Assembly: GCA_963675595.2 (NCBI GenBank)
Contig: CAXXLZ010000002.1
Span: 4,192,001-4,256,000, forward strand
DNA from: Thermodesulfobacteriota bacterium
GTDB taxonomy: Bacteria > Desulfobacterota > Desulfarculia > JACQYL01
Length of the DNA: 64,000 nucleotides
Direction of reading: 5' to 3'
A program made the position numbers and the translations under genes. This document shows, in pieces, positions 1 through 8,769 of this stretch; position 1 is the first letter of the stretch; every line of letters begins with the position of its first letter. The notes below the pieces were generated by a model. That model saw only the letters and a list, made by a program, of their open reading frames with translations. It ran no database searches and was not told the origin of the DNA.

Positions 1-1
1 C

Positions 2-535
2 GCTTTGTTGATGGCCAGGGAGTGGGAACGAGGCACCATGGAAGCCTTGATGGTCACTCCGGTCACCATCCGTGAGATTCTGGCCGGAAAAATCGTGCCG
101 TATTTCATCTTGGGCATGGGCGGTATGGCCTTGTCGGTTATCATGGCCGTCCAGTTGTTTCATGTTCCGCTGCGCGGTTCGATCTGGGTCCTGTTGATGG
201 GAGCTTCGCTGTTCTTGATCACCGCTCTCGGAATGGGGCTGTTGATTTCGACGGTAACCAGGAACCAGTTTGTTGCCGGACAGGTCGCCATTATCACCAC
301 TTTCCTGCCGGCGTTTATTCTGTCCGGGTTTATTTTCGATATCGGCAGCATGCCTCTTGTCATCCGGGCCATAACCCATGTCATCCCCGCTCGGTACTTC
401 GTCGCGATTTTGCAGACCGTGTTCCTGGCTGGAGACGTTTGGCCGGTCATTTTGCCCAACGCCTTGGCCTTAGCGGTCATGGCGACGGTGTTTATCGGTC
501 TGACTCGGAAAAAGACCTACAAACGCCTGGATTAG
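2..535 (+). CDS. ybhS: ABC-2 type transporter permease (YbhS-like), 5' end outside window
   Basis: AREWERGTMEAL motif, multiple TM helices, ILSGFIFDI..MP and PARYF motifs; tandem with a YbhR-like permease. Confidence 0.85.
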   Translation, partial: ALLMAREWERGTMEALMVTPVTIREILAGKIVPYFILGMGGMALSVIMAVQLFHVPLRGSIWVLLMGASLFLITALGMGLLISTVTRNQFVAGQVAIITTFLPAFILSGFIFDIGSMPLVIRAITHVIPARYFVAILQTVFLAGDVWPVILPNALALAVMATVFIGLTRKKTYKRLD

Positions 536-544
536 GAGGCGTCC

Positions 545-1654
545 GTGATAGCGCGTATCCTGGCTCTGGTTCTCAAGGAGTTCTTGGCCTTGTTCAAGGA
601 CCCCAAAAGCCGCTTCATCATCATTGGGCCGCCGGTGGTTCAGCTCCTTGTATTCGGCTACGCCGCCACCTTTGATTTGGCGAACGTTCCGTTCGCGGTC
701 TACAACGAATGTCCCGGAGAAGAATCTCAGGACCTGCTGGCGCGATTTCGCGGATCACCCAACTTCCACGAGGCGGCATCAATCACCCACGACGAGCAGA
801 TCGCGCCGCTGATCGCCGACAAAGAAGTACTGCTGGTCGTGCACATCGGGCCGCAGTTCGGCAGGGACCTTTTGACCAAAGGAACGGCGGCGGTGCAAAT
901 CATCCTCGACGGCCGCGATTCCAATACGGCCATGCTGGCGATGGGCTATGCACGGAAGATGGTCGAAGGATTCAACGTACAGTGGGTCCGAGAACGTGGA
1001 ATGACCGGGTTGCCCGCAAGGATTACGGAACGCTCGTGGTTCAACCCAAACCTGGTCAGCCGCTGGTTCATCGTTCCGGGAATCGTGGGATTACTGACTC
1101 TGGTGGTGACCTTGCTGGTCACGGCTCTTTCGGTGGCGCGCGAACGGGAACAAGGGACGTTCGATCAATTGCTGGTTACGCCCTATCGACCTTGGGAAAT
1201 TCTCATCGGCAAGGCGATTCCGGGCTTTATCATCGGGACCTTCGAAGCAACGCTGATCATACTGGTAGCGGTCTTGTGGTTTCAGATTCCTTTGCTGGGA
1301 AGTCTTCCGACGCTGTATGTCGGAATTTTCCTGTTCCTGCTTTCGGCCATCGGCGTGGGACTGATGATTTCGTCGCTCTCGGTAACCCAACAGCAGGGGT
1401 TGCTGGGGGCTTTTATGTTCCTCGTCCCGGCCATCATCCTTTCCGGATTCGCCACCCCCATCCTCAACATGCCTCCCATCGTTCAGAAACTGACGCTGAT
1501 CAACCCCATGCGCTATTTCATGGTGATCGTACGGGGCGTCTTTCTCGAAGGCACACCGTTTCAACTGCTCATAGGCCAGTTTTGGCCGCTCGCGCTGATC
1601 GGAATGGTAACCCTTAGTATCGCATCCCTGCTGTTCCGTCGCCGCATGTATTGA
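545..1654 (+). CDS. ybhR: ABC-2 type transporter permease (YbhR-like)
   Basis: GTG start after AGGAGG; KEFLAL, WFNPNL, AREREQGTFDQLLV and NPMRYF motifs. Confidence 0.88.
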   Translation: MIARILALVLKEFLALFKDPKSRFIIIGPPVVQLLVFGYAATFDLANVPFAVYNECPGEESQDLLARFRGSPNFHEAASITHDEQIAPLIADKEVLLVVHIGPQFGRDLLTKGTAAVQIILDGRDSNTAMLAMGYARKMVEGFNVQWVRERGMTGLPARITERSWFNPNLVSRWFIVPGIVGLLTLVVTLLVTALSVAREREQGTFDQLLVTPYRPWEILIGKAIPGFIIGTFEATLIILVAVLWFQIPLLGSLPTLYVGIFLFLLSAIGVGLMISSLSVTQQQGLLGAFMFLVPAIILSGFATPILNMPPIVQKLTLINPMRYFMVIVRGVFLEGTPFQLLIGQFWPLALIGMVTLSIASLLFRRRMY

Positions 1655-2189
1655 AAACACGAGTCCCGCATCCGAGAACCGTTGGCATCGCTCCTCCGGT
1701 TCCGGACGTCACGTCCATTTTCGGAATCGAGTTGAGAAGCCCTCTTGAAAGACTCCGGCTCACCACGGCCGGGTGCCCTGTTCATGGACTCCCTGATCCC
1801 GCTTGCGGTCTTTCGTTCCTCCGAGCTCCATGAAGATCACATCCGACTCCGGCCGCAGCCGCGGAATTGTGGTAAATCGGGAGATGATTCCCGACTGCCG
1901 GTCACGTTTGTTGTCGGAAATGCGACAACGGGGTGCATTTTGTGTTAAACTAAATATATCGAATTTTCTGCATTATCGGACATTCTCTACAAGAACCTTG
2001 TGAGACGAGGAGTCTTTCAAGCCGGTTCTTACTGAGATCTCTATCTATTTCACGAGACGGCGGTGAGCGATGTCCATTCCTGCCTTTCCCGAAAGCAACC
2101 TGCTGCGAAGAACCGAAGTCAACCCATCGAGGGGCGAGCTTCCACCCAAGGCGTGTCCGTCGCCTTGAAGTTCGCTGAGGACACCGAAG

Positions 2190-5066
2190 ATGACAAGACC
2201 TCGAATACTTGTCGTTGAGGCCGGAATTCAGGCGGAAAAAGAACTGAACAGCATTCTGCGCGGCCTGGGGTATCCCATCACCTCTGTTGTGCATTCCGGA
2301 CGAGAAGCGATACGGAGGATTCCGGAGGAGAAACCGGACCTCGTCATCGTGGACACGGTTCCAAACGGAGAGTCCGACGGTGTGACGGTCGCTGAAGAGA
2401 TCCGATCCGTCACGGGGACTCCCGCTGTTTTCAGCGTGGATCGAGAGGCCGAACGGGAAATTCGTGGATTGAGAGCGGTTCCGCCTTTCGGCTATGTGCT
2501 CAAGCCTTGTAGTGAGCGTGAACTGGAAGTGGTTGTTGAATGTGCGCTCCACCACTCCCGGGTGTCGACCGAAAGGAAACGGGAAGCGGACCTCCTTCGT
2601 CGTCGCGAAGAATTTCTGGACGCCTTGCATGATACGTATCTCGGCATGCTGAAACGTTTAAGTCCGGATGATTTGCTCAAGTCCATCGTTGTGCGCGCAT
2701 GTGCCTTGTTGGGATGTGATCATGGATACATTTACCTCTATGATCCCGAGACGGGCGCTCTGGAGATCAAGGCCGCTTCCAATCCACTGGATGGGATTTC
2801 ATTGGGCGGAATCAAGCCCGGACACGGCCTTGCGGGAAAGGTGTTCGAGACCGGCACTCCCCTATGCGTCGACAACTACGTCGATTGGGAGGAGCGCCTC
2901 CCGGATGTGGCGTATGATCGGATGCGCGCGATAGTGGGTGCGCCCCTTAAATCGGAGGCCAACGTACATGGTGTGATCACGGTGGCGCATTGCCGGGAAG
3001 GAGTGTGCTTCGGGCGGGAGGAAATCGACCTGCTAAGTCGATTTGCCGAACTCGCGGCGGTCACCCTGGAACATGCCCTGCTTTACGAAACGCTCGGACG
3101 CGAACTGGAAGAAAGAACACGAGCCGAGGAAGCCTTGGCGGAGAGCGAAGCGAAATACAGGCTTCTTGTGGAAGGCTCGGGGGATGTGGTCTATGCCCTG
3201 GGTCCGGATTATCGTTTTACTTATTTAAGCCCCGTGGTCGAGCGCTTGACGGGCTACACACCGGAAGAAATAAAAAACCTCGACATGGATGAGTTTTTCA
3301 CCCCGGACTCCGCGGATATTCTTCGAAAAGCCTATCGACGAAGAATTCGAGACGAAAAGGTCGGAATCCGCAAAGACGATGTGGAACGCTGGGAGTTGGA
3401 GCACAAACATAAGAACGGCCACACGATTTGGGGCGAGGTGAGCGTCAAACCCGTCAGGCACTCGAATGGGCGATTCGCCGGACTCCAGGGTGTTACACGC
3501 GACATCACCGCGCGGAAAAAAGCGGAAACGGCGCTTCGGGAAAGCGAAGAGAAGTACCGCTTGGTCGCCTACGCAACGGCGGACATTATCTTCGAATTTT
3601 ATTTCAGTGACGGCTTGTACGCCCATATTTCTCCCAATTGCCGAGAAATATTGGGATATACGGACGAAGAACTGTCGAGTGCGAGTTGGTTCGTCAGGGA
3701 CCGCATGGTCCCGCCGGAAGATCTTCCGGAGCTCAAGAAGATTTACGCGGCCGGCCTCAAAGGGCCCAGAGATCATATTGTGTATGAGTTCAGGGTGAGG
3801 TGCAAAGACGGGAGAATTAAATATCTCCAGGAGAGCTCCATCTTCATCAGACATGCCGACGGCAGGGTGGCCGGGATGATCGGTTCCTACAAAGACATCA
3901 CCGATAAGAAGCGCATGGAGACTCAACTGCGTCAAGCTCAGAAGATGGAGGCCATCGGCACCTTGGCGGGCGGCATCGCTCACGATTTCAACAACATCCT
4001 CGGAGCCATTCTGGGTTTTACAGAATTGGCCATGATGGACCTTTCCGCAGATCATCCCGCCCGGGACAAGCTCGTTCAGGTGGAAAGATCGGGAAATCGC
4101 GCGAAAAGCCTTGTGCAACAGATTCTGAGTTTCAGTAGACGGACCGATCAGGAGAGGAAACCGCTGCACCTCGGCCCCATTCTCAAGGAATCTCTGAAGC
4201 TGTTACGAGCGTCGCTTCCCAGCACGATTGAAATTCGACAACAGTTGGATACGAATGCCGGCATGGTCATGGCGGATTCCACTCAGATTCATCAACTGAT
4301 CATGAATCTGTGCACCAATGCGGCTCATGCCATGCAAAAGGGAGGGGGCACGCTGGAAGCCCGGCTTGATCGGGTAATCCTGGATGAGGAGGCGGCGAGA
4401 CAATATGCGGAGTTGGGTCCCGGCAGATATCGTCGTATAAGCATCAGCGATACGGGCACGGGGATGGATATGGAGACCATGGACCGGGTCTTCGAGCCGT
4501 TCTTCACCACCAAGCGAGCCGGCGAGGGCACGGGCATGGGACTGGCCGTGGTACACGGCATTGTGAAAAGCCACGACGGCGCTATTACGGTCTATAGCGA
4601 ACCCGGAAGGGGCTCCACGTTTCGGGTTTATCTACCGGAAATCCTGGATGAGGCTGAAGATGAACCGTCGCCAAATATCGGGATTCTCCCTACGGGTTGG
4701 GAGCGCATCCTATTGGTGGACGACGAGGAAAACCTCGTGACCGTGGGTGGAAGGATTCTGGAGCGGTTGGGGTACCGTGTGACCGGTCTGACGTCCGCCG
4801 TGGACGCTTTGAAGCTGTTCAGGGAGGTGCCGGACAAATTCGATTTGGTGATCACGGATCAAACCATGCCGTACATGACCGGCATCCGTCTGGCGGAGGA
4901 GTTGATGAGAATCCGACCCGAGATTCCGATCATACTCTGCACGGGATTCAGCCACGAAACCACGGCGGAAGAAGCGTTGGCACTCGGAATCAAACGGTTC
5001 CTGATGAAACCGATGAATGCGGGTGAAATAGGCCGTACCGTCCGAGAGGTGCTCGACAACGGGTGA
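2190..5066 (+). CDS. Hybrid sensor histidine kinase (atypical REC-GAF-2xPAS-HisKA-HATPase-REC)
   Basis: H-box AGGIAHDFNN, NLCTNA, DTGTGM, FEPFFTTK, GTGMGL; C-terminal REC (VDDE, TDQTMP, KP). Confidence 0.93.
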   Translation: MTRPRILVVEAGIQAEKELNSILRGLGYPITSVVHSGREAIRRIPEEKPDLVIVDTVPNGESDGVTVAEEIRSVTGTPAVFSVDREAEREIRGLRAVPPFGYVLKPCSERELEVVVECALHHSRVSTERKREADLLRRREEFLDALHDTYLGMLKRLSPDDLLKSIVVRACALLGCDHGYIYLYDPETGALEIKAASNPLDGISLGGIKPGHGLAGKVFETGTPLCVDNYVDWEERLPDVAYDRMRAIVGAPLKSEANVHGVITVAHCREGVCFGREEIDLLSRFAELAAVTLEHALLYETLGRELEERTRAEEALAESEAKYRLLVEGSGDVVYALGPDYRFTYLSPVVERLTGYTPEEIKNLDMDEFFTPDSADILRKAYRRRIRDEKVGIRKDDVERWELEHKHKNGHTIWGEVSVKPVRHSNGRFAGLQGVTRDITARKKAETALRESEEKYRLVAYATADIIFEFYFSDGLYAHISPNCREILGYTDEELSSASWFVRDRMVPPEDLPELKKIYAAGLKGPRDHIVYEFRVRCKDGRIKYLQESSIFIRHADGRVAGMIGSYKDITDKKRMETQLRQAQKMEAIGTLAGGIAHDFNNILGAILGFTELAMMDLSADHPARDKLVQVERSGNRAKSLVQQILSFSRRTDQERKPLHLGPILKESLKLLRASLPSTIEIRQQLDTNAGMVMADSTQIHQLIMNLCTNAAHAMQKGGGTLEARLDRVILDEEAARQYAELGPGRYRRISISDTGTGMDMETMDRVFEPFFTTKRAGEGTGMGLAVVHGIVKSHDGAITVYSEPGRGSTFRVYLPEILDEAEDEPSPNIGILPTGWERILLVDDEENLVTVGGRILERLGYRVTGLTSAVDALKLFREVPDKFDLVITDQTMPYMTGIRLAEELMRIRPEIPIILCTGFSHETTAEEALALGIKRFLMKPMNAGEIGRTVREVLDNG

Positions 5067-5107
5067 GTGGTCATGGACGCCCGACGGGTATCTATTCACA
5101 GGGTAGA

Positions 5108-5191
5108 CGGGGAAACCTTTTAAAAAAGGTTTCCCCGGACCCCATCCAAAACCTCTCGAGCGGGTTGCTCGCTTCCGCGTCGCAACCGGGG
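5108..5191. repeat. REP-like palindromic intergenic repeat, family A copy 1
   Basis: CGGGGAAACCTTTT-AA-AAAAGGTTTCCCCG hairpin followed by GAGCGGGTTGCTCGCTT..GCGTCGCAACCGGGG; closely similar copy at 37291-37373. Confidence 0.75.
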
Positions 5192-5446
5192 TGAGGGGCG
5201 CTCAGGAGACCGATTGCCGGCCACATCAGGAATGGAGCCCTCGACAAGGGCGCCCCAGTCCGCAAATCTACTCACCGCATGGAGCCTCTCCGCACGGCTC
5301 CGGTACCCTATCGGCTTGGCCCATCAGCCTGCTGCAAGAGTCCGGTTGCCTCGGGCCGGAAAGAGACCCGGACAGGCAAGGCGGGCGAACCCGGAGAAGT
5401 GAGTCTCCTGTTGCGTATGCCGCGGATTGCGTTCTTCACCGGCTTG

Positions 5447-6151
5447 CTAAACCTGTAGCTTTCCACAGAGGTCTTCGAAGTCCGCGGCCTCGATATCAAA
5501 ACGGGTTTCGACCGTCGGGCCGAAACCTTCACCCACGTTATCCTCTTCCGGAACCTTCACGTAAGCCGTGCGCATTCCGGCCGTCCGGGCCGCCGCCAGG
5601 TCCCCTTCATGAGCGGCCGCCATCATGGCTTCTTCCGGCTTCAATCCCAGGAGGCGAACGGCTTTCAGGTAGGCCTGCAAGGAAGGTTTGTAGTAACCCA
5701 GGAACTCACACGACAGAATGCCGTCCCACTGCACACCGGCCCTTTTTGAACTGCCGACGATGCTTTCCCAGCTCAAGATGGTGAGCACCACCACGGTGAA
5801 TTTGGACCGTAGGCGGTTGATCGCTTTTGCGGCGCCGGAAAAGGCTTCCAGGTGATGCCAGGTGGATCTCACGAGGGAAGGTCGATCGATCGCGGCCAGG
5901 AGGGGATAGGTTTCCGACAGGTTTTCCAGGGCCCGCAGGTGCATATCGTCCGCATTCATCCAGGGCAGATTGCCCTGTCTGACCTGGGCGTGAACTTTGA
6001 ACATTTCGCCTCGCCAGTCGTTGGCGAAGGCTTCCCCGTCGATGGTTCGGCCATGCTTCTCGGCCAATTCGCCAATTCTCCGCCGGGCCGTATTCTTCCA
6101 ATCGAACACGGTTCCGCCCACATCGAAAAACAGCCCTTTCACATTGTCCAT
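5447..6151 (-). CDS. HAD-superfamily hydrolase, haloacid dehalogenase type II-like
   Basis: FFDVGGTVFDW motif I, YKP, AAHEGDL; ATG at 6151 after GGAGGA. Confidence 0.88.
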   Translation of the reverse strand: MDNVKGLFFDVGGTVFDWKNTARRRIGELAEKHGRTIDGEAFANDWRGEMFKVHAQVRQGNLPWMNADDMHLRALENLSETYPLLAAIDRPSLVRSTWHHLEAFSGAAKAINRLRSKFTVVVLTILSWESIVGSSKRAGVQWDGILSCEFLGYYKPSLQAYLKAVRLLGLKPEEAMMAAAHEGDLAAARTAGMRTAYVKVPEEDNVGEGFGPTVETRFDIEAADFEDLCGKLQV

Positions 6152-6382
6152 AAGTCCTCCCTGTTTTTGTCTGTGTCGACCTTTCGTTGCCATTCGTTTC
6201 GTTGATCGGCTTTTTCACCGTTCGAATTCACGAAGCGGCCGGGGAGTTCAACGCGAAGGCCGGTGAGTTCCGTGCAACAGGAGTTTGAAACGAATCGGCT
6301 GCAACCGGCGAAGATCGCCCGCTCATGAAAAGGGCTGGGGGGAATATCCCGAATAATCATTTATGGGGGGAAATCGTCTATT

Positions 6383-6407
6383 GTAGGGGCAGGCCATAGT
6401 GGCTGCC
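6383..6407 (+). repeat. Single degenerate GTAG-type REP element
   Basis: GTAG followed by imperfect palindrome GGGCAGGCC-ATAGT-GGCTGCC. Confidence 0.35.
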
Positions 6408-6567
6408 AAAAAAGGCGGCCGAAGGCCCACCTTCTCCGCCGTGCCCCCCGTGCCGGCGGTCTTCCGGTGACCCTGTGTATAAGAACGAACTCAAAGATCG
6501 TCTCTGCGTTGAAGCATCTGAAGTTCACGTCGAGAGGAGGGCCTCAAAGTCCATGATTGACCTTCCA

Positions 6568-8208
6568 TCAACTCAATTCGGCCGGATCGAAAATTGCCGG
6601 TTTCGTGTCAAGGCTCATTCCCGCATCGGTCTTGCGCAGGATGATATTCTTCAGCCATGCTCGGTTGTCTTCCTCCGGATAATCGGTGCGGAAGTGGGAG
6701 CCTCGGCTTTCGGTGCGTTCCAAGGCGGCTCGACAAACCAACTCGGCCACACACCGCATGTTCCGATACTCCGAGAGTCTGATCAGTTCGGCGGGGCTTG
6801 ACACGGCGATTTGGGGGCAAGGTTCGCGAAGGGTTTGCAGCGCACCTTCCAGTCCACCTTCTTCCCGTATCACGCCGACCTTGTCCGACATGAGTCGTTT
6901 CAACCTGAGGATCAAATCTTTCGCTTTCAAGCCTTCATTGGAGCGGATTCCCGCCAGGCGGGATCGTTCTGCTTGAAAAGCGTCCTCGGACGCGGAAACG
7001 GGCCCGTGTTCCGAGGCATGCCGGGCCGCCGATTCCCCGACCAGGGACCCCAAAGTGAAGATTTCGGCCAAGGCGTTGCCTCCCAAACGGTTGGCCCCAT
7101 GGGCGCCGCCGGCCGCCTCCCCCACCGCGAACAGGCCATCAACACAGGTCTCGCCATAGGGGCCCACGACAATGCCGCCCATGCAGAAGTGAGCGGTGGG
7201 AGCCACTCTGAGAACCTTGTCTCCTTTCCACCAACCGGCCGGCAGAATGGACGACATCTGCCGGGCCGCTTCCTCGGCGAGGCCCCTCGTATCCATGAAC
7301 ACCCCTCCGTCGGAAGAATTCTCCCGTGCCGTCTCTTGGGCGATGATTCGTGACAGACGGTCCCGGGTCACATCTCCGGCGGCCACGCCGTGTCGCTTAA
7401 GAACGTCTTCGCCGCGACCGTTGCGCAAGACCACGCCGGGTCGCACCAAAATGTTTTCATAAAGGACCAGCCTGCTTCCTCGTTTGCCCGCGGCCGTGGG
7501 GTAGAATTGGACGAATTCCATGTCCCTCACCGGGACGCCGGCTTCATAGGCCAGGGCTTGGCCGTCGCCCGTGATGCCGGGCACGTTGTTGGTATTCAGG
7601 TAGATTTGGGCGTAGCCGCCCGTGGCCAGTATGACCGCTTTGGCGTGTATGGAGAGAAACCGACCTTCGTCGGTGATCCCGGCGGCTCCGAGGATGCGGC
7701 CGTCGGCCGTCATGAGCCGGGTCACGAAGACCCGCTCCAGAAAGCGGACGCCCACCTGTTCCGCACGCCGTTTGAGAGGGCGCACGAGGTCGCCGCCCGT
7801 CCGGTTGATTCCGCAAACGTGTCGCGCATACCGATGGCCCGGAGTCTTCATGACCCGCAGGGCCCCCACATGCATGTCGAAATGTACGCCACAATCTTTC
7901 AGAAAAGCGATTTCGTCATGCGAGCGTTCGGCGATTCGGGCGGCCATGGCTTGGTCGTTCAGAAAACACCCGCCTTCCACCGTGTCCGCAAGATGGACGT
8001 CTTTGCCGTCATCCGGAGTCCCCCATCCGGTGGAAGCGATGATGGACTTGGAAATGTAGGTGTTGGAAGCGGAGCCTATTTTCGATTTGGACACAAGGAG
8101 CACGTCGGAGTTGTTGGCTTTGGCGGCAACGGCCGACCTTAGACCCGCTCCGCCGCCTCCGACAACCAGCACGTCGCAGGAAAGCGTTTCTTGACTTGTC
8201 ATAGGCAT
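6568..8208 (-). CDS. FAD-dependent oxidoreductase of the succinate dehydrogenase/fumarate reductase/L-aspartate oxidase flavoprotein family
   Basis: VVGGGGAGL Rossmann fold, LATGG, TGDG, DMEFVQFYPT, HFCMGG, HGANRLGGNAL, ESRGSHFR. Confidence 0.9.
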   Translation of the reverse strand: MPMTSQETLSCDVLVVGGGGAGLRSAVAAKANNSDVLLVSKSKIGSASNTYISKSIIASTGWGTPDDGKDVHLADTVEGGCFLNDQAMAARIAERSHDEIAFLKDCGVHFDMHVGALRVMKTPGHRYARHVCGINRTGGDLVRPLKRRAEQVGVRFLERVFVTRLMTADGRILGAAGITDEGRFLSIHAKAVILATGGYAQIYLNTNNVPGITGDGQALAYEAGVPVRDMEFVQFYPTAAGKRGSRLVLYENILVRPGVVLRNGRGEDVLKRHGVAAGDVTRDRLSRIIAQETARENSSDGGVFMDTRGLAEEAARQMSSILPAGWWKGDKVLRVAPTAHFCMGGIVVGPYGETCVDGLFAVGEAAGGAHGANRLGGNALAEIFTLGSLVGESAARHASEHGPVSASEDAFQAERSRLAGIRSNEGLKAKDLILRLKRLMSDKVGVIREEGGLEGALQTLREPCPQIAVSSPAELIRLSEYRNMRCVAELVCRAALERTESRGSHFRTDYPEEDNRAWLKNIILRKTDAGMSLDTKPAIFDPAELS

Positions 8209-8289
8209 GGTATGATCCTTCTTGGGATGGCGCTATCCAGTATAATCTGATGGCGGGGCAAAATAAGTTTTTTCTTTGGTTTGTTTGGG

Positions 8290-8765
8290 GCAAACATCCT
8301 CTTAATACGGAGACGAGGGTAATTTCAAGATGCGCCAAAGACCGATCGAGAACAACGAAGCGCCGTAGTAGCCGTTATTTGAAAACGAGCTGGTAGGTAG
8401 GTGGGGGGAACCCCTTCCAACGCGTATTTGGGCGTAGTGTGAAGAGAGCCTGTGAACGAGGAAGACGCCCACTCTGAATAAAAAAGAAAGATTCCGCTAC
8501 AGCGGCTTGAGTATGGTGCATTGGGCCTACTACTGAGGTATCCATTCTGACCTGCGTCGGGCCTCTTATCAAGGAGCAACAAGCCCCACACCGGAACAGG
8601 TTCTCCGTTTCGGACGCACAAAGCACGAAGAGGTACTACGCGTCGGTGCCCTCCTCCTAATCAGACGTCGAAGCAGGTGATACGGAGGAGACAATCACTC
8701 AGAGTGTTGCCCGATAGCATACTACGAGGGCTAATACCGCAGGATTATTATACAATATAATATGG
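8290..8765 (+). ncRNA. Candidate AvcI-like antitoxin RNA region (boundaries unknown)
   Basis: Non-coding ~0.5 kb directly upstream of an AvcD-like gene; short complementary segments 8429-8435/8465-8471, 8494-8505 and 8651-8657/8684-8690; positional inference only. Confidence 0.35.
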
Positions 8766-8769
8766 GAAT

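Noticed and set aside
709-1617. 302-aa alternative-frame ORF (and many similar Arg-rich ORFs in the track)
   Set aside because: Overlaps a clear gene; low-complexity Arg/Gly/Pro translation typical of off-frame GC-rich DNA
8300-8620. Possible group II intron 5' end (GTGCG on the minus strand near 8619) or retron ncRNA
   Set aside because: No domain V/VI, no reverse transcriptase in the window; a 5-mer match is uninformative
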